This document shows, piece after piece, positions 38,209 to 50,664 of a stretch of DNA of 64,000 nt; the stretch's first letter is position 1, and every line of letters starts with the position of its first letter. Location: positions 52,762,001-52,826,000 of the forward strand of contig OX597816.1 in assembly GCA_951406725.2 (NCBI GenBank), written 5' to 3'. Under the pieces are notes generated by a model. That model was not told where the DNA came from. It did not search any database and saw only the letters and a list, made by a program, of their open reading frames with translations. The position numbers and the translations under genes were made by a program. This DNA is from Octopus vulgaris. Lineage: Eukaryota.

Positions 38209-38714
38209 AACACAGAGCTTGTCATTGGTAATAATGTGTTTCACTTGTAAAAACCGCAAAGCAGCATTAGGTGCTAAATTGTTCGATATTTCTATTTGTG
38301 GAGTAACCATTTAGAAATAGTCTCAAAAACAAGCAGCAGTACAAAAGTTTTTGAAAAGTCTCTGAAAAAGCCTCTGAATATTTGTCCTTCTTCAAAAAGA
38401 AAGTATATTGCAACCTTACTGCCTAGGTCAGTGTTATTTAAAGTGGGTACTGGAGAAGCTCTGGATCTCATGAGGAAATTCTAGGGTTTGTGAGATGAGG
38501 TGTGTTTTTTTTTTTTTTTTAATTCAATAAAAGAAATGACATTCATGACCTTTGAAAATATTAAATTACCAGTTGATTTTTATAAAAAAAAAGTAATAAG
38601 TCTATATTTTGAAAACGATAAAAAATTTTATAGATAAAATCATCATTGTTTCATTTCCTGTTGTTTTAAATTTAGGGTGGTGGGGACTGTTTATAAGATA
38701 TGGATATAATGCCC

Positions 38715-39130
38715 ATCATCATTATCATGACCATCATCATCATCTTCATCCTTATTTTAACATGAATTTTTCCATGCTTGTAAAAGTCAGATTCAATGGC
38801 TAAAAGCCCTTTCTGTTGGCAACTCTCATGCCTAGAGATATTTTCATGGAAGATTTGATATGAAGGACACCACTTGTATGATGGTGAGACTTGTTCACAC
38901 TTGTCAAGAAGAGGAAACACTGACACATACACACACGTGTGTGTATATCTGTCTGTCTGTCTATGTCAAATGAGCTTCTTTCAGTTTCTCTTTACTAAAT
39001 CTACTTGCATGGCTTTGATCATCCTGAGGTTATAAGAAACAAAACAAAACTTTCCCAAGGTGCCACATAGTGGAACTGAACACAGAACCACGTGGTTGGA
39101 AAGCAAGTTTCTTAACCCCATAGCTATACC
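38715..39130 (-). mobile_element. Old SINE with A-type head and RTE-type 3' end
   Basis: Minus strand: A-type head, then GCATGGAAAA...GTTAAAA...GATGATGATG. Related copies at about 57725-58143, 58385-59390 (with nested SINEs) and 61165-61562. Confidence 0.6.
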
Positions 39131-39273
39131 TAGAAAATCATACAATCATTCTACAATAAAATTAATTAAGGGACCACTGATCTGGATCATAGTGAAACTG
39201 TAAGAAAATGAAATAATTACAAAAATACTAAAGCTCAAACTATTCACTTTATTTCCACAATAGAAAGTGGAAG

Positions 39274-39592
39274 GTGTGGAGGCACAATGGCCCAGTGGTT
39301 AGGGCAGCAGACTCACGATCGGAGGATTGCAGTTTCAAGTCCCAGACCAAGCATTGTGTGTGTTTATTGAGCGAAAACACCTAAAAGCTCCATGAGGCTC
39401 CAGCAGGGGGTGGTGGCGATCCCTGTTGTACTCGTTTTTCACAACTTTCTCTCACTCTCTTTTCCTGCTTCTTGAATAACGCTGTGATGGACTGGTGTCT
39501 TGTCCAGCTGGGGGGAACACATACGCCATAGAAACCGGGAAAACTGGGCCCATGAGCCTGGCTAGGCTTGAAAAGGGCGACGTTTATCGTTT
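39274..39592 (+). mobile_element. SINE family D with 13-bp TSD
   Basis: TSD TAGAAAGTGGAAG at 39261-39273 and 39593-39605. Confidence 0.92.
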
Positions 39593-41240
39593 TAGAAAGT
39601 GGAAGACTACTCAATTAATTCTGTCCTTATCAAATACATGACCCTTATCTTGCTCAAGTATTTTGCTCCGAAAAATTCTCAGAAAATATTTTAAGCAAAA
39701 GCCTTCATTACTGAATTCACATGATTATTTTAGAGCTGGCAGAATCATTAGCATACTGAGCAAAATGTTTAGTTGTATGTCATCCATCTTTATGTTCTGA
39801 GTTCAGATTCCACCAAGGTCAACTTTACCTTTCATCCATTAGGGGCCAGTAAGATAAGTATCAGTTGATCACTGGGGTTGATGTAATCGACTAACCCTCT
39901 TCCCCAGACTTGCTAGCCATGGGCCAAAATTTAAAACAATTATTCTAAGTATTTGAGTTCAATGTATTGCTTGAAGTTTTTTTTTTCTCTAAAAGATTTT
40001 ATGAATAAAGAAATCAAAAACTTCAAAAACGTTTATATTCATAAATTTCTTCATATCAAAACAAATCTTGTAATACAAAAATTCAAAGATGGTTGCAGGC
40101 TGCATGATCTCAAATTCTGCCCATTCCCTCTAATCTATTCACAGTGCATAATACTGATCAAACTTGAATTTTGCCATGAATTCTTTCTGTAGGGTTTCAG
40201 ATAATTTAGCCAATTAAGAGCATTAATATGACTACAACATGTCCAGAGTTATCACTGAATTACCAACGAATAGACTTACTCCACCACTGCACTCTCACAC
40301 TTAATATTAATTTAAACTGTACTAGCACATAGGACAAAGTGCATAGTGACATTTCTTTGGTCTCTTTACAATATAAATTCAAATTCCGCCAAGGTTGACT
40401 TTGTTTTTCATTCATTCGGGATTGATAAAATAAGTAATGATTGAATACTGGGGGTAATGTAACAGACTATCCCACATCCCTAAAATTGCTGGTCTTGTGC
40501 TTAAATTTGAAACCAATATTAATTTATTTTGTAGGCTTGTCTTTCTTGAACTGGAATTACTCATTAAGACAATGCAAGTTTTTTTAATCTTCTTACTACA
40601 AGTGTAATTTTTAATAAATTAAAATTTTCTTACTCCCAACATTACGTTATTATTGAATTAACTATTTATTGGTTCATTGCAAAATATTGTTTTAGTTTTG
40701 ATTTTTGATTTTAGCTTGAATAATGACCTGAAATAATTGGATTTGTTTCTCATCTGTCTTGTCATAGAAACTCTTTCTTTTAGTGCAATCTTGACAACAA
40801 CAAAAAATATGGTGTTAAAGAAACATCTCTCCAGTCTGACAATGAAATATAATAGAATTCTCAAGGAGAAGCAACGTCTCAGAGGAAAACTATAGCAATA
40901 GAAAATTAAGGCTATACTTATTGCGAGTGCCAATAAAATAAAGAAATAAAAAATAATGTTCAAAATAACTGTTCGTAAATTATTTTAAGAGAATCTTTTG
41001 TTTGTAAATCATACTTTATTTTGTTATAATTAAGAGACACGGATCTGTGGAAATGTAGTCTTTTCTAAAGGGAGTTGAGTTACTGCATTCAACTGTTTGA
41101 ATCACAACCATAATCTTAAATGTTAGAAAATATGAATTATTTCAATTTCAAAATTATTTTTTTAATTATTTAAATAAAATCTAATCATTAGGTGACATGA
41201 AAATTGTTTATTCATTCTTTCAATAGGACATTTTAGCCTG

Positions 41241-41670
41241 TTTGACTACATATACAAAGGATTACCAATAAGAAATAGCAGCTTAAAACAAATGTCTACA
41301 CCCAAAAATATATTGGAAAATAGCCGGTGGAACTTTTTGTAGCTGAATTTGAAATTATTGGCAACAATAAGACATTTTCACAAGACTGAATTTTCCTGGA
41401 AACTGCTATTGTTCTCTAAGTAAATACTGCAGCTGTGATTTCACAAGAATTCATTTAAAACTATTGACGAGGGTCACAGTGTGTGTATTTATGAATAGAT
41501 ACCCATTTGACTACATACACAAAGGATTACCCATAAGAAATAGCAGTTTGAAATGATTGTCTACACCTCAAAGAAAATATTGGAAAATGGTTCATGGAAT
41601 TGCTTGTAGCCAAAACTAAACTTACTGGCTATGATCAATCATTTTCACAAGATTTCCCTCAGAAACAGCT
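41241..41670. repeat. Diverged direct duplication (about 165 bp, period about 266)
   Basis: TTTGACTACATA.ACAAAGGATTACC.ATAAGAAATAGCAG...CATTTTCACAAGA occurs twice. Confidence 0.8.
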
Positions 41671-41702
41671 TTATTTAATGTTTAAATGAAATTTTTAATT
41701 CG

Positions 41703-41916
41703 TTAGCTCTTTTGATACCAATCGGCCAAAGGCTGCCCTTCATTTTATGATACCAACCATATGTTTTAAAATTATCTCAGTTAAAACCTCCCATCAAAAC
41801 TATGTGAGTTCATGTTGCAAAGATCAAAATTATTTTACTAAATACTTTATTATTTTCATAATCAATTGAAATCATGGTAGTGTATTTCAACAGAAATATG
41901 GTCACAAAAGGGTTAA
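41703..41916 (+). mobile_element. Degenerate piggyBac-type MITE
   Basis: Ends AAAAGGGTTAA; internal similarity to 1716-1943. Other decayed copies at about 4180-4408 and 33520-33708. Confidence 0.6.
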
Positions 41917-42075
41917 GTCACCTGTCTTAAATTTTAATTCTATATATCACAGCTCCCAAAATGACCCGAAATCATCTTAAGCACTGTCCTAGAACTAATG
42001 AAGCAAACATCCCATCTCCAACCAGAAGCACCCAGTAGCACCACATCACTATTGTTTGATGGAGAATAAACAATA

Positions 42076-42237
42076 GGTGCAGAAGTGGCTGTGTGATAAG
42101 TAGCATGCTTACCAACCACATGGTTCCGGGTTCAGTCTCACTGCATGGCACCTTGGGCAAGTGTCTTTAACTATAGCCTCAGGCCGACCAAAGCCTTGTG
42201 AGTGGATTTTGTAGACGGAAACTGAAAGAAGCCCATC

Positions 42238-42282
<45 letters not shown>

Positions 42283-42363
42283 TGTGTTTGTCGCCCCCAC
42301 CATCACTTGACAACTGATGTTGGTGTGTTCACGTCCCCGTAACTTAGCAGTTCGGCAAAAGAG
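42076..42363 (+). mobile_element. SINE family A, 3'-truncated, fused to a headless C2 SINE
   Basis: Family A sequence to GGCAAAAGAG, then AAAATGCTTAGC of C2. Confidence 0.85.
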
Positions 42364-42543
42364 AAAAATGCTTAGCAACATTTCTTCCAGGCCTTTACAT
42401 CCTGAGTTCAAATTTTGCCAAGGTCAATATTTTGATTTTCATCCTTTCAGGGTTGATAAAATAAATACCAGTTAAGGACTGGGGTCAATGTAATAAACAA
42501 CCTCATCCCTTAAAATTGGTGGCTTTGGGCCCAAATCTGAAAC

Positions 42544-42577
<34 letters not shown>

Positions 42578-43098
42578 GAATGAGAGAGCAAGGCATGTCC
42601 TCAAAGTGACACTGGGGTGTCTGATATGGGTACACCAGGCATATGCATCATAACCATATGTGCACAACATGGTGATCTCATATCAAGATAAGCAGTGCAT
42701 GACCTTGCAAGTAGGGCCCAATTAGAATTTTCTTCAGGTCGAGCAGCCCATCCTACTCAAAAAGACCCTGAATAAGGGTTGATTAAAGATGTTGAATGAA
42801 ATACCCATGTTTCCAAAGGTGAATTATCCAAACGCAAAAGAATTCCTTTCAACACATAGCTATGATGCTCCCCCACTACTTCTGCTCATGATCAGAGATG
42901 CACATATCATCAGCCACTAAGGGACATGCTCAACTGGTTAAGGTCAAACAACTGGATAAGCAAATCTGTGGTACTGAGCAGAATATTTGCCGTAACCCAT
43001 CTTTTATAGCCAAGACAAAACAATATACATGATAATACTTTCAATCAGTTCAGATCAGAAGGCGTGGGAGCCACTGCCTGGTACTGCATCAGGGCATT
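42578..43098. mobile_element. Unclassified about 520-bp insertion flanked by (ATT)n on both sides
   Basis: GC-richer block bounded by pure ATT microsatellite; no ORF or TIR seen. Confidence 0.45.
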
Positions 43099-43106
43099 TA
43101 TTATTA

Positions 43107-43152
<46 letters not shown>

Positions 43153-43158
43153 GACTTG

Positions 43159-43218
43159 GAGCCTAGTTAGTACTTAGATGGGTGACCTCTTGGGAAAACT
43201 AGGTGATGTAAGCTTTTT
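43159..43218 (+). pseudogene. 5S rRNA 3'-half pseudogene fragment
   Basis: GCCTAGTTAGTACTTAGATGGGTGACCTCTTGGGAAAACTAGGTGATGTAAGCTTTTT versus metazoan 5S GCC.GGTTAGTACTTGGATGGG.GACCGCCTGGGAATACCGGGTGCTGTA.GCTTT. Confidence 0.8.
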
Positions 43219-43444
43219 GTTAAGGTGGTAGAATCACTGGCACACCAGGCGAAATGCTTAGCAGCATTTTTTGTTTGTCTCTATGCTCTGAGTTCAAATT
43301 CCACCAAGGTCAACTTTTGCTTTTTCATCCTTTCAGGGCCAATAAATTAAGTACTACTCGAGTACTGAGAGGGGGGGGGGGTCAATGTAATTGACTAGTC
43401 TCCTCCCCAAAATTTTCGGGCCTTGTGCCCTTTTAGTAGAAAAA

Positions 43445-43490
<46 letters not shown>

Positions 43491-43500
43491 GTCATTATTT

Positions 43501-44621
43501 TAAAAGGCAGACTGTCTTCATTTCAAATTTGCCATGCTACATGGCAGTGAAACATGGGCTGTGACTGCTGAGGACATGCGTAAGCTCATGAGGAATGAAG
43601 CCAGTATGCTCCAATGGATGTGTAATGTCAGTGTACGTACTCGACAGAGCGTTAGTACTTTGAGAGAAATGTTGTACCTAAGAAGCATCAGTTGTGGTGT
43701 GCAAGAGAGACGATTGCGCTGGTATGGTCATGTGGCGAGAATGGATGAAGACAGGTGTGTGAGAAAGTGCCAATCCCTAGCAGTTGAGGGAAGCCGTGGA
43801 AGAGGTAGACCCAGGAAAACCTGGGACGAGGTGGTGAAGCACGACCTTCGAACTTTAGGCCTCACTGAGGAAATGACCAGCGACCGAGACCTTTGGAAAT
43901 ATGCTGTACGTGAGAAGACCAGGCAGGACAAGTGAGCCCAGCCCACTTATGAATGCCTTTCCTCCCTTGGACACAAAGACCTGTTGAGGCAAGCGAAGTC
44001 AATATAGAACCTCATCCGACGACAGGCACCCATGCCAACCCCCTTTGCTTGCGAAGACATGTTGGGGCAAGCGAAATCGAAATCGAATTGAACCAGCCAG
44101 GATCCCTGGTCTGGTGGTACGTAAAAAGCACTATCCGACTCGTGGCTGATGCCAGCGCCGCCTCCACTGGCTTCCGTGCCGGTGGCACGTAAAATACACC
44201 AATCCGACCGTACGACAGGCACCCATGCCAACCCCCTTTGCTTGCGAAGACATGTTGGGGCAAGCGAAATCGAAATCGAATTGAACCAGCCAGGATCCCT
44301 GGCCTGGTGGTACGTAAAAAGCACTATCCGACTCGTGGCCGATGCCAGCACTGCCTCGACTGGCTTCCGTGCCGGTGGCACATAAAATACACCGATCCGA
44401 CGGTGGCCGTTGCCAGCCCCACCTGGCACCTGTGCAGGTGGCACGTAAAAAGCACCCACTACACTCACGGAGTGGTTGGCGTTAGGAAGGGCATCCAGCT
44501 GTAGAAACATTGCCAGATAAGACTGGAGCCTGGTGCAGCCTTCTGGCTTCCCAGATCCCGGTCGAACCGTCCAACCCATGCTAGCATGGAGAACGGACGT
44601 TAAACGATGATGATGATGATG
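43501..44621 (+). mobile_element. 5'-truncated RTE LINE: C-terminal ORF (43534-43935), 3' UTR with 195-bp tandem duplication, (GAT)n tail
   Basis: MLHGSETW...RRLRWYGHVARM...EGSRGRGRPRKTW...DRDLW are RTE hallmarks; open frame to the stop codon; inserted in (ATT)n. Confidence 0.95.
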
Positions 44622-45779
44622 ATTATTATTATTATTATTATTACTATTATTATTAATATAGTTCAATGCAGTCCAAACCATTTTGCTACTAGTCCCTCTC
44701 CAGTCACATGTTCTGCAGTTTGCAAAACACATTTCCAAACTAATAAGAACCTCTATCAAGATCATTATTAACAAGGGAAATGTTTTCTAGCAGAACTCCT
44801 CCAATGCCATAGTGAGAGATTTTGCATTAAGGACCCAATTAGTTGTAAGAGTTTAGATGGCAAATCATGATGGAAGCCTGGTAAATTAAACTGTCAGATA
44901 AGATTGTCAAATTGAAACCTTATCTATAGCATAACCATTTATTATTTATGAAATAAAGAAATTCCCAGAAGGAGAGAGTTTCCAGCTGTTGTAGAATCCC
45001 TGGCTATTGACTTTAGAACTACACTTCTGAAGAACTTCATTGTTACTGCCAGTGTGATAGTTTTACTTTATTAAAAGAATTCATATAATATTGTCCATCA
45101 GAATTACAAAAAGATCAGAATATCATACTTAATTTCAAATTATAGAGATAGAAAATAATAGGAAAAGAGAAATAGAAATGGAATGTATTGCATGTGAGTG
45201 TGTGGAGAGGCAGCTGGTAGTGCAGGGTAACCAAAATTTTGAACAAAGTGGCATCAAACTACTTTTATTGGCATGAAGAAACTAAAATTTGTTAAATTTT
45301 CACTGCTTGAACATCCAACCAGCAAGCAAATGTCAACATAAGAAAATTGGTAAAATGCCAGACATTTGAAACAGAATGCCAGCTATAATTATAAGTTATT
45401 GATGGCAGGGTAGAAAGGAAGCATTCTTTTTAAAAGTAGAGGTTTTACTATTGTCATAATACACACAATGCTGTAATAGTGAAATGAAGAGACAGGTTAC
45501 AATTTCTAGCCACAAAAGATTTATAGTGTATGTTTCTATTAGCATTTGTCCAATGGGTTTTGCAATAGTTTTACTTGAAAGACGTGGAAGACATTACAGA
45601 TGAACTGGCATAAATTCAATAGATTCGCATAAATATACTGACTGAATGACCACTGTATATACAATCAAACATGGCATCAGTGTTCAGTGTATATGCAATC
45701 AATGCACTTAGCATGAGTGACCAGTCTATATACAATTACAATATTGATAGCATGTAGGATTAAAGCACTGACATCGAGT

Positions 45780-46243
45780 GTATATGTATATATATATGTG
45801 AGTATTTATGCATGTGCATTGTGTGTGTGTGTGTGTGTGTGTGCATGTGTATACACATAATCACATATAAATATATATGCATACATACACAGATATAGAA
45901 ATATATATTTGTACATATTTAGATATATTTGTGTGTGTGTGTGTGTATGTGTGATACCCATACTCACATATAAATATATATACATAGACACACACACATA
46001 TAGAAATATATATATATATATACATATTTACATATATGTTTGTGTGTGATACCATACTCACATAAATATATATACATAGGCACACACAGATATAGAAATA
46101 TATATATACATATTTACATATACATATATACATACATACTCAGGGATATAGAAATACATACATACATACATACATACATATACACACACACACACATACA
46201 TACATACATACAAAAAACATACACACACACACACATACACACA

Positions 46244-46278
<35 letters not shown>

Positions 46279-46302
46279 GTCAGCATGGAAAATGGAAGTT
46301 AA

Positions 46303-46346
<44 letters not shown>

Positions 46347-46390
46347 ATACACTCACATACATGAGCGTGTGTGTGTGTGTGTGTGTGTAT
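45780..46390. repeat. Compound microsatellite with higher-order duplications and a short RTE 3' terminus (46283-46345)
   Basis: GTGTGATACC(C)ATACTCACATA repeated; (TACA)n; CAGCATGGAAAATGGAAGTTAAAT(GAT)n. Confidence 0.85.
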
Positions 46391-46439
46391 TATGGAGATG
46401 TACTGTCATGACAAGTTTTTTCATCTAACAAATTGCAGC

Positions 46440-47536
46440 ATGGAAGACATCACTTGACCATTCAGAAATGCACAAAGATTGTTAACTTCACTTAAACATT
46501 TATTTGTAATAATGGTGTCAGAAGTTTTATTCACAACACCATTTTTTTTGTCAGTGAACAGATCACAGTTTCAAGCAATGAAAATGTTGACACCATATAA
46601 CAAATGAACGTTCAAGTGAAGCAAAGAATCTTTCTAGGTCTCTGAATGCTGCAATCGCTCTAAGTAATATATGCACACACACACATATTTTGTTATGGTT
46701 GACCTGGACATGTGTGTGGACCCTCAGTGAAATTTTCATTGTTCTGGTAGAAAACTGGCAGCCACAGCAAAAATAAACCAAACATCGATGTATCGAATGC
46801 TAAAGGAGTATCTCAGGACCCACCCTTACAAGGTGATCCACCATCATGAGCTCATGCAAGTTTATAAGGCCATGAGACTGGAGAGAAGACAGACATCTTA
46901 TCCTGCATCAGATTGTTGAAAGCATGCAGCCCAACCTGAAGTTCACTGATGAAAAGAAATTTGACATCAAACAGATGCTAAACCACCAGAATGACAGAAC
47001 GGCCGACTTTGTAGTGTATCTAGCTTCATCGAGAGTAGACTCATAATCAACGTCAAAATCCAGAGTCAGTTATAGTTTGGGTGGCTGTGACAGCCACTGG
47101 AAGGTCTCCCCTTGTTTTTGTACCCTCGAGTGTAAAAATTAATACCCAGCGATACATTAGCGACATTCTGGAAGCTGAACAGCTTCCACGGGCGAACGAT
47201 CACTTTTAAGGTACACCTTGGAACCTCCAGCAGAACTTAGCATCCTCAGCTCCAAACAGACACAACCCTAGATTCAGAAAAAAACACATTTCATTGTTCA
47301 TAAGCAAGGATGTATAACCCTTAAGAAGCCCTGATTTCAACCCATTGGACTTTTCTGTTTCATCCATTTTGAAGACGAAGCTCTTGAGCACTCCTCATGC
47401 TTTGCTTGATGCTCTGAAGGCAAAACTGAGCCAGGAATGGGTTTCAATTTCACAAGAATAGCTGCATGCCATGTGTGAAGCGTTCACACTTAGACTTAAG
47501 GCTGTAATTCAAAACAGAGGTTGTCATATCAAATAA
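46440..47536 (+). pseudogene. Decayed Tc1/mariner-superfamily (maT/rosa-like DDD) transposase
   Basis: Fragments LRTHPYK, FTDEKKF...NHQNDR, SVIVWVAVTATGRSPLVFV...KINTQRY, WNLQQN, SPDFNPLDFS, RLKAVIQNRGCHIK-stop; internal stops and frameshifts; region upstream of about 46780 is less certain. Confidence 0.88.
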
Positions 47537-47599
47537 ATATGGTAGCATCATAATTTTGCATTGCAATACTCAGACCTAGAATATAACAATATTTTACAA

Positions 47600-47993
47600 G
47601 GCATAGGAGTGGCTGTGTGGTAAGTAGCTTGCTTACCAAACACATGGTTCTGAGTTCAGTCCCACTGTGTGGCACCTTGGGCAAGTGTCTTCTACTATAG
47701 CCTTGGGCCGACCAAAGCCTTGTGAGTGGATTTGGTAGACAGAAACTGAAAGAAGCCCGTTGTATGTATATATATGTGTGTGTATATGTTTGTGTGTCTG
47801 TGTTTGTCCCCCCAGCATTGCTTGACAACCAATGCTGGTGTGTTTACGTTCCCCATAACTTAGCGGTTTGGCAAAAGAGACCGATAGAATAAGTACTGGT
47901 CTTACAAAGAATAAGTCCTGGGGTCGATGTACTCGACTAAAGGCGGTGCTCCGGCATGGCCACAGTCAAATGACTGAAACAAGTAAAAGAGTA
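47600..47993 (+). mobile_element. SINE family A, full length
   Basis: Matches consensus. Confidence 0.92.
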
Positions 47994-48249
47994 TGGCAAA
48001 ATTGAAAAAAGTTGGTTGCCTTAATTTTAGGAAATCCTATACACATAGGAAGATTGAGAAGTGAGGAAACCAGAATGATGAAATAAGAGATGGTAAGTTA
48101 TGAGTAACAGAAAGGAAAATGCTGGGCAAGAGCTGATGGGGGTTGACAGCGACATAAAATGAGGGTTAGCATACATAGGCTTGGCAAGATACAAAATAAC
48201 TTAGTCTAACCATTATTTTCCTGTCAGACTACGTTCTGCTGTGGGGGAT

Positions 48250-48480
48250 CAGGCCTTTTGCACACCATGTATCACCGAGTAGTATGTTGCTTTCTCATTT
48301 CTTCTGAGAGATCAGTCATCTTCTGTCAGATCTCACCTTCACCACATTATCCCAAGTCTTCCTCATTCTTTTTCTTCCATAGGTCCCCATAACTTGGAGC
48401 AATCAACACTTCCTTATGCACTTAAGTACCACTATCTCTCATTTCTACACTACTTGTCATTCCACTTATACCTAACTCCA
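48250..48480 (-). mobile_element. Ancient RTE C-terminal relic
   Basis: Minus strand encodes ...RKTWDNVVK..., as in the RTE at 43800-43850. Confidence 0.45.
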
Positions 48481-49343
48481 CTGTATCATATTGTAAATGT
48501 ATGAAGAAAGACTTCATAATTTGATTCTTAACGGGAGAGTATGACATATCTATTGTTGGAATAATATAAAAAAAGTGAATATCCCCATACATTTTAAATG
48601 GACATCTCTCTACTTCAACACATCCATCTTAACATCAGCAAATATGATCATAGATCAAAGCCCCTGTCAAGCAAAACCAATGAAATAATTGAAATATTTA
48701 TATATTTATTTAGCCTATCATTTTGTTCTATCTAATACTCCATATTCCCTATTTTCATCAAATATGGCATTAAAGGTTTACATTTCTTTTGAAATGTGTC
48801 TTTATTTCCAATCAACATGGATTATGATAGAGAACAGAATATTCTTCAATGATTAATATATATCTGCCAATATATAAATATACCTTTATAACCCATATTC
48901 TGTCATAATTTTCTTACATTTTGGTATCTCATATTTTAATTTTTCCCTTTGCTTCTAGTTTCTTCCACAATTTTATATTTTATACATATACCTAGCATAA
49001 ATCTTCCTTTTAATAATACATGTATTTACTTTCTCAGTCTTACTTTATCTCATGCTGTTTGTCCATTTCTATCAACTTCTTTTTTTATCTTAGCCTCAAT
49101 GTTTATCAGTTTTTTTCTCTTCAACATTTTCTGCTACCTTCATTGATCATATAATTAATTACATTTTCATCCAGCTTAGAAATTTTACCTGGACTACACA
49201 AGTCTAACAAAAATTATACAACAGATACAACGTTTGGGAAACAGGTTTTATGCTTGAAATGCAAATTTGTTTGATATAGGTCACAGTGATAATGTTCAGA
49301 ATTTCTTGATAGTATACACAATGATTTGATACTTGTTTGATGT

Positions 49344-49687
49344 AGGGTAAAGACCCCCTTCGGTCATGAATGACCATGGGATTGCACCTAGAAAGTTACC
49401 CTCCTAGACACAAGTCCGGGCAAGGTTGTTTTTATGGAAGACCAGCAGTCGCCCATGCATACCAGCCTCCCCTCTCCACACCACCAGTGTTATCCAAGGG
49501 AAAGACAAAGGTCGATACAGCTTGGCACCAGTGACGTCGCAACTCATTTCTACAGCTGAGTGAACTGGAGCAACGTGAAATAAAGTGCCTTGCTCAAGAA
49601 CACAACACGCAGCCCGGTCCGGGATTCGAGCTCACAACCTCACGATCGTAAGCTCGAAGCTCTAACCACTGAGCCATGCGCTTTCAC
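49344..49687 (-). mobile_element. SINE family E, full length, young
   Basis: Minus strand: GCATGGCTCAGTGGTTAGAGC A box, GAGCTCGAATCCC B box, core TTCTTGAGCAAGGCACTTTATTTCACGTTGCTCCAGTTCACTCAGCTG. Confidence 0.9.
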
Positions 49688-49946
49688 TCTACATCAAAAA
49701 GACACACACACGACAGGCTTCCACACACTTTCCCTCAACCAAATTCACAGGCCGAGAGTACAAGTCTTTTTGATGTAGAGTTATAGGATAAGATCCCTCA
49801 ACTTATTTGCAAATATCTATTCAGACTTTACATGTGGAAAAGCATTAAGGCAGTGATCTGGTAGAATCATTTAAGGCGGCGAGTTGGCAGAAACGTTAGC
49901 ATGCCAAGTGAAATGCTTAACTGTATTTTGCCTATATTTTTGTTTA

Positions 49947-50376
49947 GGTATAGGAGTGGCTGTGAGGTAAAGTAGCTTGCTTACCAACCACATGGTTCCT
50001 GGTTCAGTCCCACTGCATGGCACCTTGGGCAAGTGTCTTCTACTATAGCCTTGGGCTGATCAAAGCCTTGTGAGTGGATTTGGTAGACCGAAACTGAAAG
50101 AAGCCTGTTGTATATATGTATATATTTATATATACATATATGTGTGTGTGTGTGTGTGTGTGTAGGTTTGTGTGTCTGTGTTTGTCCTCCCAACATCGCT
50201 TGACAACTGATACTGGTGTGTTTACCTCCCCGTAACTTAGCGGTTTGGCAAAAGAGACCAATGGAATAAGTAATAGGCTTACAAAGAATAAGTCCTGGGG
50301 TTGATTTGCTCAACTAAAGGTGGTGCTCCAGCATGGCCACAGTCAAATGACTGAAACAAGTAAAAGAGTAAAAGAG
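49947..50376 (+). mobile_element. SINE family A nested in a split C2 SINE (49848-50573)
   Basis: C2 head stops at GAATCATT (49871) and resumes as AGTATGCCAGG (about 50383). Confidence 0.9.
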
Positions 50377-50664
50377 AGGAAGAGTATGCCAGGTAAAATA
50401 CTTAGCAGTATTTCATCTGTCTTTACATTCTAAGTTCAAATTTCACGGGAGTCAACTTTGCCTGTCATCCTTTTGGGGGGCCAATTCAAATAAGTATCAG
50501 TTGAAAACTGGAGTCAATGTAATCAACTCATCCCCTCTCCTGACTTAGCCCCTTGTGCCAAAATTTGAAACCATTATATGGAATAGCATTGCATATGACT
50601 CCCAGTGATATGAGATGCCATGACTCCTCTTGAACCAAATAACAAGAATCACATTAACAACAAT

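Noticed and set aside
43947-44774. Longest ORF (275 aa, minus strand)
   Set aside because: Antisense reading of the GC-rich RTE 3' UTR with its 195-bp duplication and microsatellites; no domain motif.
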